The notes: generated by a model from the sequence alone, not told the origin. Numbered from the stretch's first letter, positions 14,476 through 58,196 are shown. The stretch is DNA of 64,000 nt from Macrostomum lignano (GCA_002269645.1 NIVC01001177.1:1-64000); one strand, 5' to 3'. A program made the numbers and translations.

Positions 14476-14895
14476 GCGGCTTTAGCACAAGGGACTTTAG
14501 CACCAGGGGCTTTAGCACCAGGGACTTTAGCACCAGGGGCTTTAGCACCAGGGACTTTAGCACCAGGGGCTTTAGCACCAGGGACTTTAGCACCAGGGAC
14601 TTTAGCACCAGGGCTTTAGCACCAGGGACTTTAGCACCAGGGACTTTAGCACCAGGGGCTTTAGCACCAGGGACTTTAGCACCAGGGACTTTAGCACCAG
14701 GGACTTTAGCACCAGGGGCTTTAGCACCAGGGGCTTTAGCACCAGGGACTTTAGCACCAGGGACTTTAGCACCAGGGGCTTTAGCACCAGGGACTTTAGC
14801 ACCAGGGACTTTAGCACCAGGGACTTTAGCACCAGGGGCTTTAGCACCAGGGGCTTTAGCACCAGGGACTTTAGTACCAGGGACTTTAGCACCTG
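14476..14895. repeat. 15-bp minisatellite (ctttagcaccagggR), ~28 copies
   Basis: Direct tandem periodicity; explains ORFs 14414, 14445 and 14602. Confidence 0.97.
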
Positions 14896-15770
14896 AATGC
14901 TTGGGTATTAATATAGAGGCGCCAGCACAAGGGGCGCAGTTTCATTTAACGGTCTCTAAAGCTGTTGTTTTAGGGGCCAATCGTTTAAATGCAATTGTAC
15001 CACATGGCCTGTTTGCTTGGCGAGCGAATTATCTGTGCCTGTTAACTTATTAACGACCGCTAACAACAAGATGTCTATGGTCGAATCTCTATTAATCGCC
15101 CGCAAATAGTGGGCACTTAAGACTATCAACTGAACGAAAATTTCTGAAATTTATTTTGTCGAAAACAAAAATAGTCTATGGTGGTGAGTGGGGCTCCTTC
15201 CACAGGCCGCCATCACTAGCTGTCATTGTGATTGATATGAGCGTCCATCATAGAATGCTTGGGTATTAATATACGATAATCACATGCTCTGGCACGCTTA
15301 GCACGCATGAACTAAGTTAAACCGGTAGTGAGGAGGTCAGTTTTTAACTGACTGTGCCTATAGCTTTCAATCTGAGTCTGCTTTCGTCATACTAATAACT
15401 ATTCGGTAGAAAAAAACACAACACGAATGAAAGAGCGAGAGTTTTAGTGTCAGGCCACACTGGTCACAACTCCTGGCTTGTATCGGCTCGCTATCTGCCA
15501 GCTAGTCAGCTCTGCACAGCTGAATGAAATTCTCAGAACTGCAGCCTGGCACAGCAGCAACTCGGCTAACACTGTCATTTGCCAATGCTTATCGCGATCC
15601 TCTTGGCAGTAAAAGCAGTGTTATCTGCTTTGCCAAGTCGAAGAGCCGTTGGTGAGAAAGTTACCGAAGTGAAAAAGGTTCAATAAAACAAGCAACTTTC
15701 ATTTTCGAGGATTGGAAGTTTCCAATTTTATTGTTTTTTAATAGACAGCAGAAATAACTGTGCAGTCTGA

Positions 15771-46929
<31,159 letters not shown>

Positions 46930-48059
46930 ATAATATGTATAAATTGAACGGAACAGGTTGGACAAAGTTCTCGGTAAATTACCTAATCAATTCATGTTGC
47001 ATATCTCTGACTTGAAAGCTTTATTCAAATTTAATTTACTGAACACATACATTTTGTACCCCGTGTTGTACATTTTCTGAAACGAATCAATAAGGAATAA
47101 AAACTTGAAACGGGTATAGTTGGGGGTCCTAATGGTTTCAAAAAACAGGGCTTCTGCGAATTAACGAACCTGCGTGTATACAAAGTTTCAAAAAAACCAT
47201 GGCACTTTCATTGTCGTCATTTTAGTGTTTTGTGATTGGGCGTTTAAATTAAAATACACTCCAAGCAAAGCAAATCTTTGTGATATCTTCGTTGAAAGGC
47301 TCTTTTTTAATGTATGTGCGCAACTTTAATTAATTTAATGTGTTTTAATGGCAGTGGTTCATGCTTCTTTCTAGATTGCAGACGCTAATGGTCACTGTTG
47401 CCGGCTAGAATATAAGTTGCTGGTTGAACTTTCACTTACCGACTTGGCAACTGCCTGTCTACCTGAAATACAGTGCTTAGTAATTCGAATCACGCCATAT
47501 TTTTTTGAAATTTTCTGTCCTAACCGTTGAGCTGTTATCAGCAGTCTTAACTGTTTTAGATTAAACAGAGTGAGAGATTAAAAATGAAATGAATGAGCAT
47601 TTCTATAGCACCGTACATATAGATAGATAACTTGAAAAATCCCGCGTCTTAGATATTTTACCTTACATGACATCGGCTTTTGATGACTGGGTGTTGCTAT
47701 AGTATAGAACTCCGTTTTTATAAAAGTTTTCTCTGTTTAATTTGGCGTGAAGTGTCGTGAAGATGACGAGCGAAATGCGCTGGCGAAGTGATTTTTCTTA
47801 GCACATTTCGAACAAAGCTTGCCAAACGCTGGGCATTTTTTTCGAAAAGTATTTTACTCTTACCGCATTAACGATAGTCGTTGACACTCCGGTGCCCATT
47901 ATGCACGGTGGGCTTAGTGTGCTAGGGTCGAGGGAGCCCGGCTGAGGGGCTTGACTTTGTAGAGACTGAAGCTGCCACCTGCTCCAGGTCGCGAATACCC
48001 TCTTACAGTCCAGGATTTCGGGAGCCGACTGAAGGAAGTGACTTAATTAATGACTTAAT

Positions 48060-48400
48060 TGATTTGATTGGTCTCCAGAGTTATTGTTAGTTTGCATCTG
48101 AGTCCAGAAATTAGAACCATTTCAAGCAATTCCACGAGAGAACTGGTGGACTTCTTCAACTCGTCATCAAACTTATACAGTCCTTGGCGGCATGACGAAG
48201 TCAGAGATTGGTTCATTTGGTGCTAGCCGCACGGCAAATAATTTTCTTTGGCTTAAGGTACGCTTGCACGGCGGTATTGATTTCATCAAAAGTCAGGTCG
48301 GTCATGGGTGTAGGGGCGATTATGCTTTGCATCTTGTGAGCTTGGTGAGCTGCGTTAATACTCTGCGTTAAGTCGAAGACCGTTATTAGCTGAGCATAGG
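48060..48400 (-). pseudogene. Degenerate Ty3/Gypsy-type gag fragment
   Basis: Hand translation of the minus strand: KMQSIIAPTPMTDLTFDEINTAVQAYLKPKK, then with frameshifts NEPISDFV, AKDC, KFDD...LISGL. This resembles the Gypsy gag pattern P..LTF.EI...L..YL.PK...Q...E.ISDFV..L...A.DC.F. Recalled from memory, not a database hit. Confidence 0.55.
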
Positions 48401-48678
48401 TAATTTTATTTAACGAGATAAGTCAAGGTGATATAGGATAAAATTATGATCCCAAAAATCGTATGTACGTATCGTTCAAGCTTTCACAAAAATATTAATT
48501 CTTCACGAATATTACTACTTGATGAGGACGCACTTTTTCCAACCTCACGCTCGCACATGGGCTCCAAACTCACTAGCCTACTAACAACAGGCTATGGGGA
48601 TCTTTTCTTCTCTTTATGTAATTTTCCTAGAATTCATACTAGTTAAATGATTTGCCATACTTGTAGTTATAATAACAT

Positions 48679-49065
48679 AGGTGCGGCTTTTGGGTCATAA
48701 ATCATTGCTTTTGAGCTAGCCTGACAGCCTCCTGCGCCTCACTCAATGCTGAGACTGGCGCCAGATGGTCTGAGAGGATGCGGGCGGTAGCTTTTTTCTC
48801 ATCATTTTGACAAGCCATCAAGATTTATGAGGTCAGGGCCTATTGTTCGTGTTCACTCAAGCGTGTGACAGCTTTGACAGCTATGCGTTTTACCCCTAAA
48901 AGTACGTTGGGATTAGCGATTAGCGATTTCTCTTCATTATCTTCACTTTCTACTTAATAAGAGCTTTTGTATATTTATTTATATTTTTTCATTAATTTTT
49001 TTCATTCCTACGCGAAAGGTCATAAATCATTATGTAGCGATTTTGAGTGATTTATGACCGCACCT
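48679..49065. mobile_element. MITE-like element with imperfect terminal inverted repeats
   Basis: The left end aggtgcgg(cttttg)ggtcataaatca matches the reverse complement of the right end tgatttatgaccgcacct; extra ggtcataaatca at 49018-49029 forms a 12-bp hairpin with 49048-49059. No TSD confirmed. Confidence 0.5.
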
Positions 49066-49119
49066 GTCGTATTTATGGCCCGAGGGAACTGATAGGATCT
49101 TCTGGTTACGTGAGTTTGG

Positions 49120-49240
49120 GTGGCAACACGCTCAGCCAATCAGAAAATTGGACGTGCGTTATAACAAATCGGCTCAGCCAATCAGCGTCGAGGTGTTCCA
49201 TTATAACAAATTGCGGTCCAGTTGGCGGCTATTTAAACTG
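49120..49240 (+). promoter_or_regulatory. Promoter-like block (two CCAAT boxes + TATA), possibly within an LTR
   Basis: ctcagccaatcag at 49131-49143 and 49173-49185 (42-bp spacing); TATTTAAA at 49230-49237; a flanking segment starts TGTCGTA (49065) and ends TATTTCA (49584), but no TSD. Confidence 0.4.
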
Positions 49241-50052
49241 GTGTTTTTGGCCCGCTCGGACTCAACCTCCTGGGACTTTGGCCTAACTTAGACCTCCCGG
49301 AGCTCGACCGTCGTCTCTTGATCCCCGGATCGCGACTCCCCGCATCATCATCAAGGACGAATCCCCCCGGTCGTCAGCAGCGAACATCAAGATTAAGAAC
49401 GTCACCTGCTAGCTATCTGCGAAGATTGTGACATTAGCATCATCCCGGCCTACTGCTGCGAAGCACTAAGCTGATTCGGTCACTGTGGATTACCTGGTCT
49501 CCGGCTGTTGAGTTTCTGATTGTTTGGGTGAGAGGCTACCTAGACTTGCTTGATTGGGTGATTCCTTACCTGTCCCCTATTTCAGTAGCTGGATTAGGCG
49601 CACACTTTTGCTCATTTTGTTCAGCAGTGCTGTTATTGAGGAAGAAATCATTCAATAATACTGTTAGTAATCCGAAACTCCAATTCAATCTGAAGTGTGA
49701 AGCGATTTAAGGAGAAGGTTAAATCTGACAGCTATTTTTATCGGTTTTATTTCTTTGTTCGCCGATGGCTCAGATGAGTAGCTAAGCTAGTAGGCGCCCG
49801 TCACAGTGGACCAATGGCAAGGCAGTCCTCAGTCGATAAATCTATCAAATCAGTTAGAAAAATTGCCAATAGTGCAAAATCGGCGCTAGAGATGTACTCT
49901 GTGCACTCTAGATGCGCCAAGCGGCTCGGGTAATGAATCATGCGGCCTCAGAAGTTCGAGTTAGTCTATCATCAGCGCTACGAGAGGCTGGTTGGCGCGT
50001 TGAAGGCCAAAAGTACAATTCCTCGTATTTAGCAATGTAATAGTACATGTAG

Positions 50053-51041
50053 CTACCCCAGTCTCGCCACTGCAAGAATCCCCTGCACAAGTCCCCTCTG
50101 TACCTGCATGGCCAATGTGATCGAGTCCCAGCAGTGTCCCTTAACATCGGCTATGACTTCGAGATTGACAGCAAAAAGACACTAGTTGGCAGGTAAGTGC
50201 TAAGCCCCCTCTAGTCGGAAGCCCGATTTCGAAAGTTCCGGTGTGGTGAGCCAGGACGCACGGGCTGGTGGCAGCGGGTTAGTTTTGCGGATTAGCTGAT
50301 CTCTACCTTCAAAATTATCCCTGCTTGTCTCTCGCTGTCCCTCTCATAGCTATAGGACCTAGACTGCTCGCCACAAGATCAAGCTACCATCATGGGGCTG
50401 ACCATCTGACAGGAGTGGGGGGCCAGGACTCTAATTGATTTATTTCTGAGAACTGAGCCCGAAGGCTTCCAGAAAGGGGCCGAAAAGGCCGAAACCCATC
50501 ATACTCAAAAGAGAATGAGAAAAGAACTATCACACAGCCGTGAGCCATAGACTATTTACAAACCTTAAGCCAAGGTTAACCTAGGCTCTAATAAGTTTAC
50601 TCAAGTCCAAGTTTGCGCAGTTTTAGTTGAGTGAGAATTTCTGACATAAAAGAATCGACAATTTAAGAAGTTCTAATATAAGGGATTGAAGTTATTTCAC
50701 TAACAGGTTGGTAAGCTAATGGTTATTTAATAATATTAATGTTAATCATTTAAGCTTTTAGATTAAAAATTGTTTAGATATAACTTACAATTTTTTTATT
50801 TCTTACAGCCAGCTGCAGCAATTTGACAATGCTGGACGAACTCGAAGAGGAGTTCTTCATCTTGGAAGTGGAGGCTGGCTATGTTGGCTACTTGCGCGAG
50901 ACCACCCTGTTAAACAACATGATCGCCCTACCTTTTGCTCTGTTCACCGCCGCATTGATTTGCCTAATTATCACCTTTGCTATGGTGTCCAAGGTTACGT
51001 GGGAAAAGAAGATGCAGCCTACTGATAAACAGCAATTATAA
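50053..51041 (+). CDS. Possible two terminal exons of an unknown single-pass membrane protein, or a pseudogene
   Basis: 50053-50192 (donor AG|gtaagt, phase 2) joins in frame to 50813-51041 (acceptor ttcttacagccag), giving ...KKTLVGSCSNLTMLDELEEEFF...IALPFALFTAALICLIITFAMVSK...*. The upstream frame is interrupted by stops at 50038-50052. Confidence 0.35.
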
Positions 51042-51299
51042 GCAAATTAATTCAACTTCAATCTTGCGAGAAAATATTACAAAGTTATTATAGCTTTGGA
51101 GTGTAGTCTTACCAATGACTTTTGATTTGTAGTACAGTGTATATTTGACGCATGCCCTGTGCTTTTAGACTTTTAGGGCAGCTGGGACCACGGCGCCCCG
51201 ATCGCCCACAAATATTTCGCTCATCCAAAAACTAGATGAAATGGGTAAGCAATTTCTATCGACACATGACAGCAGCTCAACTTTTTCCAACCCTTAGTC

Positions 51300-52230
51300 A
51301 TGGCTAAGAGACAGGGACAGGGACGTCCACCAAGAGACAGGAACGCCCACCAAGAGACGGGGACGCTCGCCAAGAGACAGGGACGCCCACCAAGAGACAG
51401 GGACTCCACCAAGAGACAGGAACGCCCACCAAGAGACAGGGGCGCCAACCAAGAGACAGGGGCGCCCACCAAGAGACAGGGACGTCCACCAAGAGACAGG
51501 AACGCCCACCAAGAGACGGGGACGCTCGCCAAGAGACAGGGACGCCCACCAAGAGACAGGGACGTCCACCAAGAGACAGGAACGCCCACCAAGAGGCAGA
51601 GACGCCCACCAAGAGACAGGGGCGACCACCTAAGAGACAGGGACGCCCACCAAGAGACAGGGACGTCCACCAAGAGACAGGAACGCCCACCAAGAGACGG
51701 GGACGCCCACCAAGAGACAGGAGCCACCCACCAAGAGACAGGAGCCACCCACCAAGAGACAGGGGCGCCCACCAAGAGACAGGGGCGCCCACCAAAAGAC
51801 GGGGACGCCCACCAAGAGGCAGAGACGCCCACCAAGAGACGGGGACGCCCACCAAGAGACAGGAGCCACCCACCAAGAGACAGGGACGTCCACCAAGAGA
51901 CAGGGGCGCCCACCAAGAGACAGGGGCGCCCACCAAGAGACAGGGGCGCCCACCAAGAGACAGGGGCGCCCACCAAGAGACAGGGACGTCCACCAAGAGA
52001 CAGGAACGCCCACCAAGAGGCAGAGACGCCCACCAAGTGACAGGGACGCCCACCAAGAGACAGGGGCGCCCACCAAGAGACAGGAGCCACCCACCAAGAG
52101 ACAGGGACGTCCACCAAGAGACAGGAACGCCCACCAAGAGGCAGAGACGCCCACCAAGAGACAGGGGCGCCTACCAAGAGACAGGAGCGCCCACCAAGAG
52201 ACAGGGGCGCCCACCAAGAGACAGAGGCGC
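51300..52230. repeat. Composite ~20-22-bp minisatellite (core ccaccaagagacaggRRcgY)
   Basis: About 45 tandem variant copies; source of ORFs 51221-52261 and 51300-52040. Confidence 0.96.
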
Positions 52231-52500
52231 TACCATGTCTACATTTGGCGGCTTCAGTCACTCTTATAATCTAACAAGAGATCTTTTCAGATCAAGCTCA
52301 ACGTCGTCCGTCATGACAGTGGAGTTGTGCTACAAATCGTGCGTCGCAGGCAACTTTACCTGCTTTGGAGTGCGGAACAGTAACCAATGCTACTGCAACA
52401 ACGGCTATAGTGCAATTGAAGTGGCACAATCTTTATGCTACCTGACATGCGCCGGGAATTCCAATCCAATTTGTGGTGAACAGCATCTGTAGGATTCGTG
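52230..52500 (+). pseudogene. WSC-domain pseudogene
   Basis: YHVYI(+1 nt)GGF...MTVELCYKSC...FGV...QCYC...C...C.G....ICG, then a deletion before aacagc...aggattc|gtgagt relative to the paralog at 57656. First conserved Cys lost; no signal peptide (the minisatellite lies directly upstream). Confidence 0.75.
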
Positions 52501-53053
52501 AGTCGCTTACATGTAACTCCTCTGCATCAGAAGTCGGCAAACTCAAGCTCATGGCTGCGGGCCAGATATGAGGAGAGAGGATAGGAGAGAGAGAAGATGA
52601 AAGAATAGATTTTGTTATAGAGGCAGGGTGGCTGTGTGCACCCTAGTGCACTTTAAGCGACATTGTCACACAACCGGCGAGAGGCATAACTGCCCGTTCC
52701 GCCGACTCCCCTGAGCAGGCACACAAGCGCGCGGATACGTACGCAGTCATACGCACAGGCACACACTCACACAGGAGTGTACAGCGGCCCTAACTTTATT
52801 TATCATTATTCATGTACACTTCACTGTGCCTTGGGGGTTGGCCCTCAAGCTGGGCGTTAATTGCACGAGCAGAGCCAAGCCGAGATTCCAATTTAGCCCC
52901 AAATTAATGTGACTGCACTTGGAATCGAAGAGAGGGAGAGAAAAGAGGTTAGAGAAGAGAATTACAGAGCTGAGAAGAGACACAAATCTTGAGCAGGCCG
53001 GATTGCTATTATGAAATTTTCAAGGACCCGAGGGCCGGATAGAGAGGCTCTGT

Positions 53054-53358
53054 GGGTCTACGAGAATTGACTGCCACAATTCGACTGTGGTCAATTTGAC
53101 TGCGGACAATTTGACTGCCGACAAAGGGACTGCCATGTAAAAGGCTCATGTAAAAGCCTTGCTAGCCTTGCATAAATACGATCATGAATAAAGAGCTTGG
53201 AGTGTTTTTGGCAGTGATTTTTGGCAGTCAAATTGTGGCAGTCAAATTGTGGCAGTCAAATTGTGGCAGTCAAATTGTGGCAGTCAAATTGTCGCAGTCA
53301 AATTGTCGCAGTCAAATTGTCGCAGTCAAATTGCTCGGCAGTCAATTGTCGTGCACCC
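53054..53358. mobile_element. Foldback-type MITE with inverted arrays of a 14-bp subrepeat
   Basis: Left end gggtctacgagaattgactgcc is the imperfect reverse complement of right end ggcagtcaattgtcgtgcaccc; (aatttgactgcc..)n on the left faces (gtggcagtcaaatt)n on the right. TSD not evident. Confidence 0.65.
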
Positions 53359-53919
53359 TTGTGGGCCGCATGTGGACTGCAGGTCGGAGTTTGCCAACAC
53401 CTGCTTCACATATTTTTCTAATCGGATTTAATCATAAAAAAACAAGAAGAATGGAGGCAAGGAATGCAGGTAAATCTATTTTTTACCGTTAAAGACGGTT
53501 ATTTTTTCTTTGTATAATTTGTTTTTTGTAATTCAATACTTGATAATAACTTTATGAATCATTACTCTAAATATGAGTTCACTGCTTTACCAAAGTCCAA
53601 ATATAGATACTGCCTATCTACATGTTCAGTTTAAATATCGTTAAGTTGAATCAGCAAGTCAAGTTGCAGAGATCAGGAAACTGGTCATGGGACTGGCGTT
53701 CTAAAAGCTATTCAGCGTAAGCCATGTCTTTCAGATATTTGAGTCTGTGAGGGGTAAGTTTATTAATAGCTGTGTTTTAGTTCCTTTTGCTGAAGTCGTG
53801 TGACCAATTAGTGATTGATTAGTGTACAGTATGCAGATTAGCAGGCTCAAAAAAGTACAATGGTTTGACATCTGCACGAGTTCGAATCCTCAGTAGCTTT
53901 GTGTTTGTAAGCGATCCCC

Positions 53920-54700
53920 ACATTCCTGACATTCCTGACATTCCTGACATTCCTGACATTCCTGACATTCCTGACATTCCTTACATTCCTTACATTCCTG
54001 ACATTCCTTACATTCCTGACATTCCTGACATTCCTGACATTCCTGACATTCCTTAAATTCCTTACATTCCTGACATTCCTTACATTACTTACATTCCTGA
54101 CGTTCCTGACACTCCTGACATTCCTGACATTCCTTAAATTCCTTACATTCCTGACATTCCTGACATTCCTGACATTCCTTAAATTCCTTACATTCCTGAC
54201 ATTCCTTACATTACTTACATTCCTGACGTTCCTGACATTCCTGACATTCCTGACATTCCTGACATTCCTGATATTCCTGTCATTCCACACATTCCTAACA
54301 TTCCTGACATTCCTTAAATTCCTGACATCCTTACATTACTTACATTCCACACATTCCTAACATTCCTGACGCTCCTGACACTCCTGACACTCTTAAAACT
54401 CCTGACATTCCTGACACTCCTGATAATCCTAACACTTCTGACATTCCTGACATTCTGGACAATATTGACATTCCTCACATTCCTGACACTCCTGACATTC
54501 CTGACACTCCTGACATTCCTGACACTCCTGACATTCCTGACACTCCTGACATTTCTGACACTCCTGACATTCCTGACACTCCTGACATTCCTGACATTCT
54601 TGACATTCCTCACATTTCTCACATTTCTGATATCTTTGCAATCCTGACGTTCCTGATATATTCCTGACACTCCTGATAATCCTGACATTTCTGACATTCC
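53920..54700. repeat. 9-bp minisatellite (attcctgac and variants), ~85 copies
   Basis: Direct periodicity; explains the NVR/IPD/QEC ORFs. Confidence 0.97.
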
Positions 54701-55343
54701 TGCAAGCACGCGGTCGACTGGCTTCTAGAAAAAGCGGAGTTTAATATTTAGCTTGCCCAGAATTGTTTTAGTCTGCTTTCGTATTATAAATGTCTCTTTC
54801 GTGGTTTAACTAAGTACTCAAAGTTCAAGTCCTTAGGCATTACCGAGATTACAGAGGTCGCGCGGCCTCCTCAATGCTGCATACGAGTGTGTGCAAATGT
54901 ATTATTCTTAATATGTACTTATTTCTCGATTATGTATTTCTGGGATCTCCTTCGTTTCACTATCAGATACAATTTCCTTCTCAGTAGTCTACTCATCAGT
55001 AGTATGCATGAAATGTTTTCATTTCTACTTAACTGTTCGAAAAAAATTGACCAAGTCTTGAACATCATTCTCAATATATACTTGAAAACACTTACTTGCC
55101 AGTATTTATTTTCTTATTAGTTTCTCAAATCGAATTAAGCTTCAAGAGTTGCCCTGACTGGTGGAATTCGTGAAATGGTTGTTTTATAACAAATATACTC
55201 GAATTATGGCTCAAACAATTTATTTATCCGGGGTTTGTTTCATGGGAATTTAAATTGTGCAAATCTATTATTTTTTATCACGTCAAGATAAACAACGCCT
55301 TTTGCAACAATGTTAGAACAAGTGAATGAATTTACCTTGATTT

Positions 55344-55806
55344 TTACCTTTTTCCTTTGGCTTTTATACTTTTTTCAATTTGCAGAATAGCTAGATGGGT
55401 TGATTAGAGAGTAGAATAGGTTGGACTTACCAATTTGGTAGACGCTGTTCTTGCTTAAGTCGCCGCAGATGAATTTTGAATCTCCACTACAGGCCATGCT
55501 GCACTCAGCCTCAGGCAATGGTCCGCCATGTTTGCCGTAGCTGTTTCCGCAGTAGCACTCCCGGCCGTACTGCAGGCCGAAGTACTTGCTTCCGGAAGAA
55601 TTACTACAGAAATTATAACAGTAGTCAGCTGTCATGGCATTTCTGTCAGTCAATCTTGGGCCAGAAAAATCTCTGTCGAAGACTCTATCTTTAAAGCAGC
55701 CAATGTAGCTGAACTGGTTGCTTGCAACATTTTTGAGCGCTCCTCTGCAACCATTTGCGAGCGACAGACAAAATAAGATTGCTGGTAAAAGTTTCCAAAG
55801 CAACAT
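55344..55806 (-). CDS. Secreted single-WSC-domain protein (copy a)
   Basis: ATG at 55806; signal peptide MLLWKLLPAILFCLSLANG; complete WSC (YIGCFKD...MTADYCYNFC...YFGLQYGRECYCG...C...CSGD....CG...NSVY); phase-1 GTAAGT donor at 55430. Tentative exon 2 at 55390-55344 (AILQIEKSIKAKGKR*) after a 40-nt intron. Confidence 0.82.
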
Positions 55807-56499
55807 GGCTTGGTGGCTTTCTCTCCCTATAACAGGCAATTCTGACCGCTTTGCTCTGTTCAATTCAGACAGCCTGCTTAACTTATTGAAAGGCAAGTTT
55901 TTCTAGCTGAAAGACTGCTTTCTGGTGTGACTAAAATGCTTCCTGTTTGATTAACTTTCGCTGAAAGCCAGTCACATTCGACAAACTTACTGGCGGTTGC
56001 ATTTCATCCTTCATCAATTAGCAAATAAAACCATGTCTTCTAAATGTATTCAACTCCAGGACTGGCTGAGCAAAGCAAATACGAGTTGGCAAAATGAAAA
56101 ATAGGAAATCGAAAAATAAGCCGTTACATAATTTGATGCATAGTTTGCATCATGCATGGATGCATAGATTTTATCGGGTAGTCGCTAGACCAGTGATTTA
56201 GCATTTTTTACACTAGCGCTGCAAGTTAAGCAGAGATGGCTTAGGTTAGTACGCAGCTGAATAGGAGTCACCCAGGAAAATTCAGCAGAGTTCTAAAGTT
56301 CACCTTGTCGTGATAGGTTCAGAGCATGTGTACTCTAATAAATAAAATAAATAAAAATAAAATAAATGAAAAATAAAACCGCTCAAAAAATTACAAATTC
56401 CAGTAACAACTGCTTAGCAATCAAGTTATATTTTCTTTCATTCGATTTTTTATTACAGACAAAATCGACAAAAGTAGAACAAGTTTGTTTTCGCGATAA

Positions 56500-56941
56500 A
56501 AATCAATTAAACATACTTACCAGACTTACCACTCTTATGCATGATACTCTTAATTATTTGATGAGACACCTGGCTAAATGTGCTCGGTCCAACAATCCGA
56601 AGTGAGGGGCGCAGGGGGTTTCTTGGCGGTCTGAGGGAGATGGGGCTTTATCGTCTCAATTGGGGCTGACTCAAAAACAGACTCCACACCACTTGGCCCC
56701 AAACTCTCTCTCTGGATCTGCGGTACTCACGAATCCTGTAGACGCTGTTGGCTAACGAGCCACCGCAGATTAAATTGGAATCTCCGGTGCAGGTTCTGGA
56801 GCAGCTAGATGGGGATTTTCCCCCGTACTTTCCATAGCTGTCACCGCAGTAGCATTCTTCGCTATACTGCAGCCCGAAGTAGCTGTAGCCGCTTGTGACC
56901 CACGATTTGTAGCACAGTTCCGCTGTCATGCTTGAGGACTC
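56500..56941 (-). pseudogene. 5'-truncated WSC fragment, inverted copy of the 3' part of the 57656 gene
   Basis: Starts at SSSMTAELCYKSW (Cys to Trp); homology continues through the intron and the catttagccag acceptor; lacks the signal peptide and YIGC. Confidence 0.8.
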
Positions 56942-57036
56942 AGTTTGTCGAGCGTAACTCGCTTTCAGACAAACAGGAAGCGTTTTAGTCACCAGAAGAC
57001 AGTGTTTAAGCTAGAAAAACATAAAAAAGACAAAGT

Positions 57037-57245
57037 TTTTACCAGCAATCTTACTTTGTCTGTCGCTTGCAAATGGTTGCAGAGGAGCGCTCAAAAATTT
57101 TGTAAGCAACCACTTCAGCTACATTGGCTGCTATGAAGATAGAGTCTTCGACAGAGATTTTTCTGGCCCAAGCTTGACTGACAGAAATGCCATGACAATG
57201 ACAGCTGACTACTGTTATAATTTCTGTAGTAGCTCGTAATTCTTC
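57037..57245 (+). pseudogene. Truncated WSC fragment, inverted copy of the 5' part of the 55806 gene
   Basis: Hand translation LPAILLCLSLANGCRGALKNFVSNHFSYIGCYEDRVFDRDFSGPSLTDRNAMTMTADYCYNFCSSS*; no ATG; near-identical to the reverse complement of ~55590-55790. Confidence 0.8.
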
Positions 57246-57655
57246 TGGTACAGATGATAGAAGCATGACTGTCTTACATACAGGTAGTTCATTCATGTGG
57301 TAATGTCTCAACTATCTAGAGTAAAATTGATTAGAAAATTATTTTCAGCCTCAGCCATCTTCTAATTAGGAAGCACTGTACTACTGCCTCGTTAGACACG
57401 CAATTTTGGCTCAGAACCTCAGTAGAAGCCATTCAGTCAAGACAAAGGTGCGCAACTTCAAACAAGTTCTGGCAAAACAATAGCCGTGTAAGCAACTGTC
57501 TAAGAAATGCAGACAAGGCTAAAATTAACGGCAATAAATAATTTATTAAGGTACCAGCCAACTAGACCCTTGCTAGTTCTTCAATGCAGCATGTTAATAA
57601 GGAGCAGAAAACTTCCAAATGACATCCATTCTCAACGAGAGCAATGGGACCAGAT

Positions 57656-58196
57656 ATGCATCGGCTGCTACTTTTCAAGAGGATTTCTGCTCTGCTTCTT
57701 CTGCTGTGCTGCAGCACATTGGAAGCCAGTCCAAGCAACGCTGTGAGCGACCACTATGTCTACATTGGCTGCTTCGAAGACTCGCATCCAAGGGATCTTT
57801 CTGGCTCGAATTGGCAGTCCTCAAGCATGACAGCGGAATTGTGCTACAAATCGTGCGTCGCAGGCGGCTACAGCTACTTCGGGCTGCAGTATAGCGAAGA
57901 ATGCTTCTGCGGTGACAGCTATGGAAAGTACGGGGGAAAATCCCCATACAGCTGCTCCAGAACCTGTGCGGGAGATTCCAATTTAATCTGCGGTGGCTCA
58001 TATGCCAACAGCGTCTACAGGATTCGTGAGTACCATTGACCAGAGAGTGGTCTGGAATCTGTTTTTGAGTCAGCCCCAATTGAGACCCCGCGGATGAACC
58101 CCCCATCACCCTCGGACCGGTCCGAGGACCCCCCTCTGCTCCCTGAGTTCGAATTTTTGGACCGAGCACATTTAGCCAGATGTCTCCACCAAATAA
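57656..58196 (+). CDS. Secreted single-WSC-domain protein (copy b)
   Basis: ATG at 57656 (or 57644); signal peptide; complete WSC (YVYIGCFED...MTAELCYKSC...YFGLQYSEECFCG...CSRTCAGD....CGG...SVY); phase-1 donor at 58026; tentative exon 2 at 58180-58196 (HVSTK*). Confidence 0.82.

Noticed and set aside
49065-49584. Confirmed solo LTR
   Set aside because: TG...CA ends and promoter motifs are present, but the flanks (gcacc versus gtagc) give no TSD and no PBS was found.
51221-54709. ORFs from the 20-, 14- and 9-bp repeats
   Set aside because: Repeat artefacts without independent coding evidence.
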